DNA of 63,489 nt, the filler included, from Octopus bimaculoides (lineage: Eukaryota), in assembly GCF_001194135.2 (NCBI RefSeq). It is 7 parts of 7 records of this genome, joined end to end, with 100 filler letters (N's around TTAATTAATTAA, not from the genome) between each part and the next. Parts side by side here need not be neighbours in the genome. Positions count along the whole stretch, not along the records: positions 1 to 11,237 come from NC_068991.1; positions 11,338 to 14,248 come from NC_068982.1; 5 more parts are not named here. One strand, 5' to 3'. Every line of letters begins with the position of its first letter. The stretch's first letter is position 1. The position numbers and the translations under genes were made by a program. Positions 1-13,151 of this stretch are shown here, piece after piece. Below the pieces are notes generated by a model. That model saw only the letters and a program-made list of their open reading frames with translations. It was not told the origin of the DNA and searched no databases.

Positions 1-253
1 GACTTAGAGAAAGGAATTTTGAAATTAGACAATTACAAAACAAATATAGACAATGATTGTTAAGCTTATGATTTATTAATATATTTAGAAATAATTTTTT
101 TTTCCTCAAGTAATTACGAATAACATCTATTGTGCCCAAGCACACCTCCTCACAAATATGATGTTTTTAAATGCTTCGTTTAGCATTAAAAATCATCGTA
201 TGAAAAATCACGGCGCACCTAGATACTCTTAGTCGCACCGCATTTGAGTATGT

Positions 254-296
<43 letters not shown>

Positions 297-578
297 NNNN
301 NNNNNNGTATATATATATATATATATATATGTATGCATGTATGTATATATGTATGTACACTCGTACATATACATCTTCATCTCGCGTGTACAGTTAGATG
401 TTGAATTGATACTGATGAAATTACTAAGCAGTATCATCAGTCCATATAGAGTTTTATCGTCCAGTATGATTTCCGTACGATATAGAATGGTTACTACTGT
501 ATTCAATAGTAGCCCACTTATGATATACAGACCAAACGTAGTGAAAGTAAATATATTATAGGCTATATATATTTATGC

Positions 579-614
<36 letters not shown>

Positions 615-696
615 CGGAATGTTGGTACAAAGAGGAAAAAAATATTACTCAAAATATAAGTATCTGTAGATTCTTATTGATGTTTAGCAGAAGTAA

Positions 697-910
697 CGCG
701 GCGAACTGGCAGAAACGTCGGCACACCGTGCGGAAATGCTTTGCGGTAGTATTTCGTCTTTTTTTACGGTCAGAGTTCAAATTCCGCCGAGGTCAACTTT
801 TCCTTTCGTCTTTTTGGATTCGATAAATTAAATACTAGTTGCGTACTTGGGTCGATTTAATCGACTGCCCCACCCCACCAAAATCTCGGGCCTCGAGCCT
901 AGATTAGAAA
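697..910 (+). mobile_element. SINE family A copy
   Basis: gcggcgaactggcagaaacg...gagttcaaattccgccgaggtcaacttt. Confidence 0.85.
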
Positions 911-1010
911 AAAACAATATTTAGCAGAAGTAACAGCATGACCAGTGCGATGTGCCTATGCACGAAACTTACGGACCTTGAGTCACTCTATTGCTTCTGC
1001 TAAATATTAA

Positions 1011-1048
<38 letters not shown>

Positions 1049-2369
1049 NNNNNNNNNNNNNNNNNNNNNNNNNNNNNNNNNNNNNNNNNNNNNNNNNNNN
1101 NNNNNNNNNNNNNNNNNNNNNNNNNNNNNNNNNNNNNNNNNNNNNNNNNNNNNNNNNNNNNNNNNNNNNNNNNNNNNNNNNNNNNNNNNNNNNNNNNNNN
1201 NNNNNNNNNNNNNNNNNNNNNNNNNNNNNNNNNNNNNNNNNNNNNNNNNNNNNNNNNNNNNNNNNNNNNNNNNNNNNNNNNNNNNNNNNNNNNNNNNNNN
1301 NNNNNNNNNNNNNNNNNNNNNNNNNNNNNNNNNNNNNNNNNNNNNNNNNNNNNNNNNNNNNNNNNNNNNNNNNNNNNNNNNNNNNNNNNNNNNNNNNNNN
1401 NNNNNNNNNNNNNNNNNNNNNNNNNNNNNNNNNNNNNNNNNNNNNNNNNNNNNNNNNNNNNNNNNNNNNNNNNNNNNNNNNNNNNNNNNNNNNNNNNNNN
1501 NNNNNNNNNNNNNNNNNNNNNNNNNNNNNNNNNNNNNNNNNNNNNNNNNNNNNNNNNNNNNNNNNNNNNNNNNNNNNNNNNNNNNNNNNNNNNNNNNNNN
1601 NNNNNNNNNNNNNNNNNNNNNNNNNNNNNNNNNNNNNNNNNNNNNNNNNNNNNNNNNNNNNNNNNNNNNNNNNNNNNNNNNNNNNNNNNNNNNNNNNNNN
1701 NNNNNNNNNNNNNNNNNNNNNNNNNNNNNNNNNNNNNNNNNNNNNNNNNNNNNNNNNNNNNNNNNNNNNNNNNNNNNNNNNNNNNNNNNNNNNNNNNNNN
1801 NNNNNNNNNNNNNNNNNNNNNNNNNNNNNNNNNNNNNNNNNNNNNNNNNNNNNNNNNNNNNNNNNNNNNNNNNNNNNNNNNNNNNNNNNNNNNNNNNNNN
1901 NNNNNNNNNNNNNNNNNNNNNNNNNNNNNNNNNNNNNNNNNNNNNNNNNNNNNNNNNNNNNNNNNNNNNNNNNNNNNTATATATATATATATCTGCCCCC
2001 CTATCTCTCTCTCTATATATATATATATACAAGAACACAGACTTACGCATATTCTACATCAATGGGATGTTGTTCATTCAAAATTTTAAGATATATTAAG
2101 ATTCTCTGTGGTTGCATGATAAAAATCCCAAGACTTTATCTATACACCTCGCTGTCTTTCCCTCTCACTTTCTTAATCCAATACTATGTGTAATACTATG
2201 TGTGTGGGTGTGAGTACTATGTGCAAGTGTGTATGTGTGTGCCTGTGCGTCTAAATACACATACATATATGTGTGTATACGTGTATGAGTTCGTGTATGT
2301 GAGTAGTGTCTGCATATGCGCACGCACAGAGACACGCACGCTGAAACAAACAAACGTGTGTATGTATAT

Positions 2370-2510
<141 letters not shown>

Positions 2511-3319
2511 GTATAGGTGTATTTTTCTTTATATTTCATTTTCTGTATCTCTCTCTTCTCTCTATTTCTCTACGAAGAGTCACTTTTATAAAAATAGTCC
2601 TACTGTCTCATTCACAACATATAATTCCATAAATGGCCAACGCTATCATTTATGGAGCATTATTATCAGGCCCCTCCCTTTTCTCCACCACACCCTGCAA
2701 TTTTAAGAATTACTAACAATATATATTGGCATTATTTTCATTATTTATTATTTATTACCTTGGTTATCAATCGTTCTGATCATTATCGTCATCTTCTTCT
2801 GCTTTATTATCAATATTATTGTCTTCATCAATATAAACGACATCAATGCGAGTTTGCATTAGTATAGAGTATATATTTTAGAACTACTTTACCAAACATC
2901 GCTGGTTCGATTCTGGAATATTTCGTTTATCTTCTTTTATCTTTGAATTGTTTTAGATATTGGACTACGGCCTTGCTGGGACACTGTTTGAAGGGATTTA
3001 ATTGAACAAATCCACTTAATTATTCTTTCCCAAGGCTGGTATGGAGTTAATTATAACTGTCTCTCTGGCTGAACCGCTAGGTTACGGGGAAATAAACCAA
3101 CACCAGTTGTCAAGCAGTGATGGTGGGACGAACACACATACACACACACCTTCATACACATAGACACACACAAAAAAACACCTTCACACATATCTTCTAT
3201 AAGACAATTTCAAATAAGTAAAAATTGCATTACACTATTCATTCTCTTGACGCCAAGCCTAGTATGTACTTAGATGAGTAACTGCTTGGGAAAGCTAGGT
3301 GATGTAAGCATCTTACTTT

Positions 3320-4000
3320 TAAGGCGGCGAAGTGGCAGGATCGTTAGCACGCCGGTAAAATGCTTAGCGGCATTTCACCCGTCTGAGTTCAAATTCTGCC
3401 GAGGTTGATTTTTGCCTTTCCTAGTTTCGGTGTCGATAGGTACCAATTGGTTACTGGGGATCGATGTAATCGACGTACCTTCTTCCCCAAGACTGCTGGC
3501 CTTGTACCAAAATTTGAAACAAATATTTCTTCTCCTGAAGGCAGCGAGTTGACAAAATCGTTAGCACAGGAGAACACACTAAGCGGCATTTCGTCCGTCT
3601 TTACGTACTTAGTTCAGATGCCGCCAAGGTCGACTTTGCCTTTCATCCTTTCGAGATCGATAAAATAAGTGCCAGTTGAACGCTTGGGTTAATAAATTCA
3701 ACTTTCACCCTTCCTTTGTGCCACAACTTGAAGCCAATATTTCTTTTCTTAAATGCGGTGAGCTGGCAGAATCGTTGGCACACCGGGAGAATTGCTTAAC
3801 GGCATTTCGTCCGTCTGAGTTCAAATTCTGCCGAAATCGACTTTGCTTTCATCATCTCTCTATCTATAAAATAATTGAGTAGTGGGGATCGATGAAATCG
3901 ACTTACCCCTCCCTCGGGCTTGCTGGCGTTGTGCCAAAATTTGAAACAAATATCTCTTCTCCTGAAGACAGCGAGCTGACAGAATCGTTAACACGCCAAC
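3320..4000 (+). mobile_element. Head-to-tail cluster of ~3.3 copies of tRNA-derived SINE family A (~210 bp)
   Basis: Repeated aaggcggcgagctggcagaatcgttagc...gagttcaaattc (B-box)...ttgcctttcatcc...aaatttgaaac units. Confidence 0.85.
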
Positions 4001-5368
4001 TATAACAACTGACACAGGTTTGCAGACTAGGTAGTTTTCTTCACTTAAATTCACCATAAATTAAAAAGAGCCATACTTGCTGTCTTTTGCATCGATTCAC
4101 AAGTATGTGGAGCATTGGTAATATTCGTCGCCCTACTCAACGATTTAGACGAAAGGGTGCATTAGTGGTAACATTTTAGCTTGGAAAACTTCATGACTCA
4201 GTTAAGTGATAACATGTAATTGATTTAGAGTCTAGTATTTCTGTTATCAAATTTCTGTGTTACAAAATATTTTAGTATTGTGGTCATTAAAAAAAAGTAG
4301 GGCCAGTATTCATAAATTGATTCATGTACCTTATTATGTAAAAAAAAAATCTTTCTTCGACGATGTGTAATTTCGAATTCATATCCATTCAGTGTCAACT
4401 TAGGCAAATATCTTCCAGCATGACAACGATTGGACGAAAACTTTGAAATGAAATAAGCTAACAAGAATCTATGTTGTTGGTTATTGGATATATATATGCA
4501 TGCAAATGTGTGCGTTTATTTGTGAGGGACTTCTGATGTATTTGTGACGGAGATGATAAGTGAATCGAAAATAAAAATCTTTACACTAAGGTCAACTTAG
4601 CCTATCTTTGTTTTGGTACTGAATAAATTTATTACATGACTGAAATAATTACCGAGGTAAAAATAGTCCACCACAAACATTTGAAGGCGATGCTGTAACA
4701 CAGGCGCAGTTCAATGACAGAAACAAGAACAAAAAAAAATGGAATATTTTTCCCGGTATTCAGTGGATCTGGTGTATTTATTTTCGATCTTCATATATTT
4801 TGGTTGAAATAGAGACGGTGGTCAATGTGAGATCTACAGAGATCAAAAGGGAAATGAAGTTTATTAACATCAAGCTGTCTGCAAATGCTGCATAGAAAGA
4901 AATGAAAAGCAACATTATCCAGCAACATCCAAGAATATGAATAATCGATAATATGCAAACTTATTCGTCGTGAATATTTAATCGGTGTTAGTGAAGGAAA
5001 AAAAATCACAAGCAATGAAAACATAGATATACGGTAGCATACTTTGAAAGAGATCACCAACTCCAAGCGAAAGACATTATCTTGACTATTTATACACCTG
5101 TTATTTCCAATATAAGTGTCGTTGTTGACATATGAAGGAAACCAAGAATGATAAGAAGGAGTAAATATAGGAGAGACGAGTAAGAGGAGGAAAATGTTTA
5201 TTGATATAGCAATAATCAAAGCTGGAAAGAAAAATCAGTAAGAAAGCAAGAATAACAGGTGTATCTTATGAAGAGTATTTTTGCGCCATATATAATTATC
5301 ATCCCAGCATGAAATGCAGAAATTCCTGGATGCATTACTACTACTACTACTACTACTGCTGCTGCTGC

Positions 5369-5828
5369 TGAGGCGTCGACGTGGCTAAATCGTTAGCATT
5401 CCGGGCGAAATGAATAGCGGTACTTCGTTTGCTGCTACATTATGAGTTCAAACTCCGCTGAAGTCGAATTTGCCTTCATCCTTTTGGAGTCGATAAATGA
5501 TGTACCAGTTAAACATTGTTGCCGATGTAATTGATTATCCCCGTTTCCCCAATTTCAGGCTTTGTGCCTATAGTAGAAAGAGAAAGGATTACTCTACTTC
5601 TTCTTCTTCTTATTATTATTAAGGCGGTGACCTGGCAGAATTATTAGGACGCTGGATGAAATGCTTAGTGGCATTTCGTCCGTCTTTACGTACTGAGTTC
5701 AAATGCCGCCGATGTCTACTTTGCCTTTCATCATTTCAGGGTCGATGAATTAAGTACTAGCCAAAGGTCGATGTAGTCGACTCATCCACTCCCCCCAAAT
5801 GGCTGCCTTTGTGGCAAAATTTGAAACA

Positions 5829-5914
<86 letters not shown>

Positions 5915-6165
5915 TATTATTATTATTAGTATCATTATTATTATTATTATTAAGGTGCTAAGCTGGCAGAATCGTTACCACGCCAGGCAAAATGCTTAGC
6001 AGTATTACGTCTGTCTTCACTTTCTGAGTTCAAATTCCTCTGGGCTCGACTTTGCTTTTCATCCTTTCGGGGACGATAGCATATGTTGCAGTTGAGTACT
6101 GGGGACGATGTCATCGACGTATACACCCACCTCAAATTTCAGGCCTTGTGCCTATAGAAGAATGG
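5369..6165 (+). mobile_element. Three SINE family A copies separated by trinucleotide microsatellites
   Basis: Copies start near 5369, 5621 and 5952, each preceded or followed by (ATT)/(CTG)/(ATC) runs. Confidence 0.85.
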
Positions 6166-6183
6166 ATTATTATTATTATTATT

Positions 6184-7130
6184 ACTGTTTTACTTCTCAG
6201 ATCGTTCGGTCCTTGTTCTGGCAGTTTCTGTGAGATTGGACAGCAGCCAGCTGTCACGGGTCTCACAGGGTCTCTCTTTGATATTTGGTTGTTAATTATC
6301 GTAGGAGACATTAAACATCCAATTACAAATCTCAAAATCGTAGATGTCTCTAGCAGCGTAGTTTTTTGGGCTTGCTCTGATCTCATGTCAATTCCGATTT
6401 CTTTGACATATTTCTCGAATATCTTATGCTCCTTGTTCTAGGTGATTCCTTTTGGTTCATGTTCATACCATTTTCGTGCTCTGTTCCGGCCGTACTTTTG
6501 ACATAGCCTCCAGTGCTTTGGGGCCAGCTTGGTACACTCAGTCACAATATATGAGATTGTTTTGATTCTGTTACCACACATCCTACAAAGGGGTGTTTTG
6601 CTACTCTTGTCAATTTGGAACTGGGTGTAATTAGTTCTCACAGCTTGTTCCTGGCTGTTAAATATCAATGCCTCAGTGTATTTTTTCAGATCAATTCTCT
6701 TTAGCCCTCTCCGAATGTTGATTTTATATTTTCCTTTGATTTCTTTAAGGTATTGCCCATGCAGACGTTTCATTTTCCAATACTCTTTCTTTTTCATTTT
6801 GTTTCTTAAATGTTTGTGGGTGCATTACATTTTCGGTAGGTATTTTATTTTTAATTCTAACAGCAGCAAGCAAGGATTCACTCCCCTGTTTGATGTACCA
6901 ACCCACACTGCTCTTCTCGAGGACAACAAGGATCGTGCATCCTATGAGACCTCTCCCACTCCTATTTCTAGGCACATACAGTCTGCAAGTATCGTCTTTG
7001 GGGTGTAGCTCCTTGTTAATTATCATCACTCTTCTAGTTTTCCTGTCCACTTCCTCATGCTCGTCCTTTGTACATCTAAAAGCACCTGAGCCGTATCACA
7101 TAACTGAAACAGCCCACGTGTTCATTGCCC
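6184..7130 (-). mobile_element. R4/Dong-like (R2-superfamily, RLE-type) LINE 3' fragment
   Basis: MDRKTR..M..NKELHPK....RLYVPR..SGRGL, LHGQY, TEALIF..QEQAVRTNY, CRMCG....TISYIVTEC (CCHC knuckle), QKTTLLETSTILR; flanked by (ATT)n on both sides. Confidence 0.85.
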
Positions 7131-9509
7131 TTATTATTATTATTATATTAAAATTCAGAGCTTATTTTGCTGGGTATGATGGACCTTCGACAGAAGCTCA
7201 TATTGTACGACCTCCGCAATCACCTGCGAAGGCCATACTGGACTGGCTGTGCAATCCGAGTACTTTCGTTCTCGGTCGCACAGTCCGTCCAAGAATTCAT
7301 TTATAGGCCCTCTCCAGTGATAAAAGAGGACAAACTCCTCCTCCTCACGGGAAGGGGCTTCAAGCTGCTCCGTCAGTGGCACACTTCCCACTGACGGAGC
7401 CTTTTCTGCTGGTGGCACATATCCCGCCAGAGATTCAGTCTGCGGCACAGGGGCATCCGCCGACTGTCCTCTGCTCCTCTTTTTCCTCTTTCTTTTAGAG
7501 GCTACGGGAGCAGGGACCTGCACCGGTGGGCACGGGGTGGGGGGAGCACAATCCCCCCGTCTCCTGTGCCGCTTTCCATTTTTTGTTGAGCAACCATTGT
7601 TGCTCACCTTCCTTTTTCCTTTCGTGGAGGCAACTTTCTCCACGACTTCTACCGTCTCCCCACCACGGGGGAGGGGGGCGGTGGCCACTTTCTCGTTTTT
7701 CGTCTGCACCGGGAACTTACCTCGGCCCTGNNNNNNNNNNNNNNNNNNNNNNNNNNNNNNNNNNNNNNNNNNNNNNNNNNNNNNNNNNNNNNNNNNNNNN
7801 NNNNNNNNNNNNNNNNNNNNNNNNNNNNNNNNNNNNNNNNNNNNNNNNNNNNNNNNNNNNNNNNNNNNNNNNNNNNNNNNNNNNNNNNNNNNNNNNNNNN
7901 NNNNNNNNNNNNNNNNNNNNNNNNNNNNNNNNNNNNNNNNNNNNNNNNNNNNNNNNNNNNNNNNNNNNNNNNNNNNNNNNNNNNNNNNNNNNNNNNNNNN
8001 NNNNNNNNNNNNNNNNNNNNNNNNNNNNNNNNNNNNNNNNNNNNNNNNNNNNNNNNNNNNNNNNNNNNNNNNNNNNNNNNNNNNNNNNNNNNNNNNNNNN
8101 NNNNNNNNNNNNNNNNNNNNNNNNNNNNNNNNNNNNNNNNNNNNNNNNNNNNNNNNNNNNNNNNNNNNNNNNNNNNNNNNNNNNNNNNNNNNNNNNNNNN
8201 NNNNNNNNNNNNNNNNNNNNNNNNNNNNNNNNNNNNNNNNNNNNNNNNNNNNNNNNNNNNNNNNNNNNNNNNNNNNNNNNNNNNNNNNNNNNNNNNNNNN
8301 NNNNNNNNNNNNNNNNNNNNNNNNNNNNNNNNNNNNNNNNNNNNNNNNNNNNNNNNNNNNNNNNNNNNNNNNNNNNNNNNNNNNNNNNNNNNNNNNNNNN
8401 NNNNNNNNNNNNNNNNNNNNNNNNNNNNNNNNNNNNNNNNNNNNNNNNNNNNNNNNNNNNNNNNNNNNNNNNNNNNNNNNNNNNNNNNNNNNNNNNNNNN
8501 NNNNNNNNNNNNNNNNNNNNNNNNNNNNNNNNNNNNNNNNNNNNNNNNNNNNNNNNNNNNNNNNNNNNNNNNNNNNNNNNNNNNNNNNNNNNNNAAAGTT
8601 TTCAAAAAATTCTCAGTCCGCCGTTATGGTGACTCGAACACGCCTTCTAATAACGACGAACGAGAAACACAATTTTACTCACTAAAATGAGCAACAACTA
8701 CAGTCGCTGTGGGAAAGCGAAATTGCCTAGAGCTGGGCGAAATTTACTGAAAGAAAATTAAACTACAATAAATTACACACAGCTCAAAAAACGATTCCAC
8801 CTACCTCGGTCGACTTCACAAATTTTCAGTTTTGGACGGCGTCAAACGACACACGTCTACACTGTTCTTCAGGTTCAAAGGAAGTGGCCAACACGCAAGA
8901 CCGGAAGTCAAGGTAAGCAAGCTACTTACCGCACAGCCACACCTACCCGAATATATTCCATGCATAACCAGGTGAAATCTCTTTTGAACATCTGTCAGAT
9001 AATATCTTATTTTCTCAGAAAGATCTGCTGCAATATTCAGGGATAGAGAAAAGTGAAAAGCTTGTTTTTATAGGCTTTAATTTGCTTAGACATTCTTGAC
9101 TCATTATACATTCGAAACATCCGACAGATACTACAACTGTAGAAAGCGAATTATTACCACAGCTAAGAAATAAAAATAATGCAGTACGTAATCGAAGAGC
9201 AAAATGAATTTCAAAGAAAAACATAAATGAACATTTTACTGAACGCTTAGTAGACCAAATATATTCCAAATATTCCAAATAGTCTAACGAATAATTTTGA
9301 AAAGAATATTTAGAACAACAGCATTCGCACGGAAACAAAAATCCTACATTGTTCATATATTACATTCAGTTGATCCGTGTATCCATTAATGGATCTCTCT
9401 CTTATACTCTCAGTTTCTGTAGCATCAAACCCAAAGCTCCTATGATGAATGGATTTATCGAACATGATGTTAGGTATTATTGAACACATCCGCGGAAATT
9501 TTGACCTTC

Positions 9510-9721
9510 ATATGTATACATACGTATATAAGTATGCAGATCGCCAGCCACGACACATTCTTTATTTTCTCTCCTTGTTTCTTTCTGTGTTCTTTTCTGT
9601 GGAAGAGCGTAAGCTCGAAACGTTAAAGACTTTTTCACTTCCCGAGCGTTAAACTAATACATCTGTTTGTTGTCTACACCACCTGTCTTCGTCTTTTGTT
9701 TTGTTTTTTTTTGTGAATTCT

Positions 9722-9722
<1 letters not shown>
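9510..9722 (+). mobile_element. Probable Penelope-type terminal repeat fragment ending in (TA)n
   Basis: Contains gaagagcgtaagctcgaaacgtt (hairpin plus GAAACGUU hammerhead-like half) followed by a T-rich tract and (TA)n. Confidence 0.45.
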
Positions 9723-9770
<48 letters not shown>

Positions 9771-10202
9771 TGTATGTGTATATGAATAGATGTATATATA
9801 TAATATAACTTATATATTTCATATATATATATATGAATATCCATAATTTTATATACATATGTGCATACACAAACACACACACAGTTATACACATATACAC
9901 ACACGCATGTACATGTATGTATACACCCCTCCACACACCCACCGTATTCATATGAATACATATTGTCTCTTAGTGTACTATTACAATATATCGGAAACTG
10001 CAGGGTACATTACATCGTCCCTTCCTCTTGGCACCAATGTGCTACATATAAACCAACCTGAAACGCAAATAGAAATAGCCATTCTCGTTAATACATCTGA
10101 ACATGCAACTTGTTAGCCATAGTTTAGCAGAGAAATATTAAACTGGTTTCGCGAAATGTATTTAGATATACGTTGTTTTCGTACATATACACACACACGC
10201 AC

Positions 10203-10236
<34 letters not shown>

Positions 10237-10559
10237 ACAAATATATTATATTTATATTAATGGTAAAGTATATTGTGAAAGTCCTTCGATGTATTTTTTA
10301 CTGAGTTTGTATGCCAACATGATCAACTTCACTTACTTCCTTCAAGTGTCAATAAAAAGGGCTCTAAACCCAAGTTGGCAATTTGGAAGAACTGTAAGAA
10401 CACAGTAGAGGATGTTCTGCTTTTACACGGTCTGAGTTCAAATCGTACTATACTGCTTAGGTAGCAGATTTTGTTTCATCAACTGAAACTTCGTCAGTTA
10501 TGAACATGAAATGGGATGCCTATTCCAACAATCTTACAGTACTTGAACAAACCTAAGCC

Positions 10560-10772
10560 AGCAATATTCTTTTCTACTCTAGGGACAAGGCCTGAAATTT
10601 GGGGGGACGAGCCAGTCGGTTACATCGACCCCAGTGCGCAAATGATACTTAATTTATAAAATTCAGAAAGGATGAAAGGCAAAGTTGACCACGGCGGAAT
10701 TTGAACTAAGACAGACGAAATACCGCTAAGGATTTTGCCCAGCGTGCTAACGTTTCTACCAGCTCGCCACCT
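10560..10772 (-). mobile_element. SINE family A copy
   Basis: Reverse complement of the family-A consensus (gaaaggatgaaaggcaaagttgacc...gaatttgaact). Confidence 0.85.
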
Positions 10773-10799
10773 TCAAAGCTAGCAATATCGTGACCATTA

Positions 10800-11210
10800 T
10801 TATCAAAAAACCTCTCAGATGGGCCGGTAATATTCATGGCATGAATGACAACATACTGCCATACCAAACTTTGTACATCTAACACAGTATCGACAACAGC
10901 TCATGCGGCTGCCCCATGCAATGCTACAAAGACCAACGGAAGCAGACGATGAAGAATGTTAATATCAACTGTAAATGTCGGGAGCAATACGTAGAAGACA
11001 AAACAACGTGGCGTCACATGATCAAGATCGACGAAGAATATTTTGAAGAACAACGTTGAAGTGAAGAAATGAAGTAGATAAACGTCTACGAAGAAAGATC
11101 TGCGAACTCCGATCAAGGCTCTCACCACTAATTGTATCCACCACAGAAAATACTTCCACGCTCGAATCGGTCTTGTCGGCCATCAGAAGCACTGCGATAC
11201 TGACACAACA
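10800..11210 (+). mobile_element. RTE-clade LINE 3' remnant
   Basis: WAGNIHGMNDNILPYQTLY...GCP.QCYKDQRKQTMK...EDKTTWRHMIK...FEEQR matches the RTE post-RT region; stops present. Confidence 0.7.
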
Positions 11211-11237
11211 TAAATGAGGAAAGTAGTACTCAGAAAC

Positions 11238-11337
11238 NNNNNNNNNNNNNNNNNNNNNNNNNNNNNNNNNNNNNNNNNNNNTTAATTAATTAANNNNNNN
11301 NNNNNNNNNNNNNNNNNNNNNNNNNNNNNNNNNNNNN
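11238..11337. other. Artificial scaffold join N44-TTAATTAATTAA-N44 (also at 14249, 30916, 39749, 54404, 59733)
   Basis: Identical 100-nt layout six times; the 12-mer places stop codons in all six frames. Confidence 0.95.
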
Positions 11338-12480
11338 CACACACACACACACACACACACTCTTTCTCTCTCTCTCTATCTTTCTCTCTATCTTTCTCTA
11401 TCTCTCTGACTGTATTTCTCTCTCAACAACAACTTTTTCTCCTCCCCTTTTCTCTTCATAAATATGTTGTGACATGGGTTATCTTCCCTTTTCATCCCCT
11501 CCTTCTTCCTCCCACTTTTACAGAAATGTTGGTACACATAGACAAACGGAGTTCAACTTCTCTTTTAAAATATAAGATTAGCTATTTGCGACAAAAGTAG
11601 CCTTTGTGACGAATATCAATTAGCACATCCAACCTAACTTGGAAGTGTTGTCTATAACAACTTAGACGGCAGTGAACATCCCTGAAATCATTTTGTGTAG
11701 ATGACAAATGCTAAAAAGCATCGAAAATTCTATCGGTTGACGAAATGTCATCAGCACCGGCAAATGGCACTACCCTATTACATGATATCACCGTATTGCG
11801 GATTATCAGCGTCAGCTAGCCAAATCAGTTAAACAGATATAAAATAATACAGGCCAAACAGACAGTGATGTCGCGAAAAGTTGCTCTGTTTAAATTAGCT
11901 ACTGGTGAGAAACAGCTTATGTAACGAATATTAATTAGCACGTTCCACCTGACTTGGCTGTGTTAATTATAACCCTGTAGACCGTAACAAACGCCCTGAA
12001 AATCATTTCTGGAAAACTAGAAATGCTGAAAAGCAACGAAATTCGCAATACGGTGAGGTGAAATCGCTCGGTACGGTAGTACCATCGGCTGTGTATTGCA
12101 AAGATAGTTCACTGATTATTGTACGTGCATCTTTACACATTGGTTTCGTTTTGATGAGCCGCGTGTCAATCTAATTCAACAAACCAGTGAGGAAATCTTT
12201 TTCAACTCTCACTAATCCGTCTTGGTTTTAGACATATCATATGTAGAAATATATTTGCAAATGAATCCATTATTTATTAAATTATTTCGCAGAGTGTCCA
12301 TGATATCTGCTGTCCATTCTGTTGAAATTCACGCGGTTAAATATCACTGAGTCAATGTTCGCAACGAAATCTTAGCGAAGGAGGATTCAGGGTCTCGTCC
12401 AAACGCTTTTGACAGAGTAAAAACGTCATTATAGCTATCCGCGTGGGACAACTAGTGCCGCCGGAAGTCTGTACACACAC

Positions 12481-12520
<40 letters not shown>

Positions 12521-13106
12521 ACACACACACACGCACACACACACGTATATATGCGAGTATGTGCTTATGTTTGTGTAGTGCAACGACAAGGAAAACACTT
12601 AATACATGTCTTTGTGGTTAAATATTTCTATGAAGATCATGATTCTGTTGTGTATTATTACGTCTTCCACCGACCCCAAAATATCAGGGTTGGGGCTTTT
12701 AGTCCCTTGAATCCTCAGTACCTAATAACCAAGTGATAATGCTTTCTGAACAGGTACTTGTATATACAAGAAAGTGAAGATGACATTATTCGTTAACTGC
12801 TAATGACAGTGAAAAGCAAAAGCACGAGGCTGAGTAGACATAAACTGTCTTGTTTGTAAAGTCAAAGGCTTATGTTTGCATGTATGCATGCATGTGTTTG
12901 TGTGTTTGTGTGTGTGTATTCATATCTACATCTATCAACATCATTACATATATACATGCGTATGTATATATATGGATGTATGTATGGATTTATATGGTAG
13001 ATAAATATTACAGGGCANNNNNNNNNNNNNNNNNNNNNNNNNNNNNNNNNNNNNNNNNNNNNNNNNNNNNNNNNNNNNNNNNNNNNNNNNNNNNNNNNNN
13101 NNNNNN

Positions 13107-13151
<45 letters not shown>

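Noticed and set aside
405-445. CTGATGA hammerhead core
   Set aside because: It pairs with tcatcagt as a simple hairpin; no GAAA or cleavage triplet follows.
4790-5220. 142-aa minus-strand ORF
   Set aside because: No domain-like features; probably antisense to an eroded LINE remnant, too degraded to call.
10465-10500. Minus-strand CTGACGA...GAAAC...ATC hammerhead candidate
   Set aside because: Core letters present but all three helices are largely unpaired; at best a decayed relic.
11282-11293. Recurrent TTAATTAATTAA as a regulatory or homeodomain-binding motif
   Set aside because: Always centred in exactly 44+44 Ns; it is an assembly linker.
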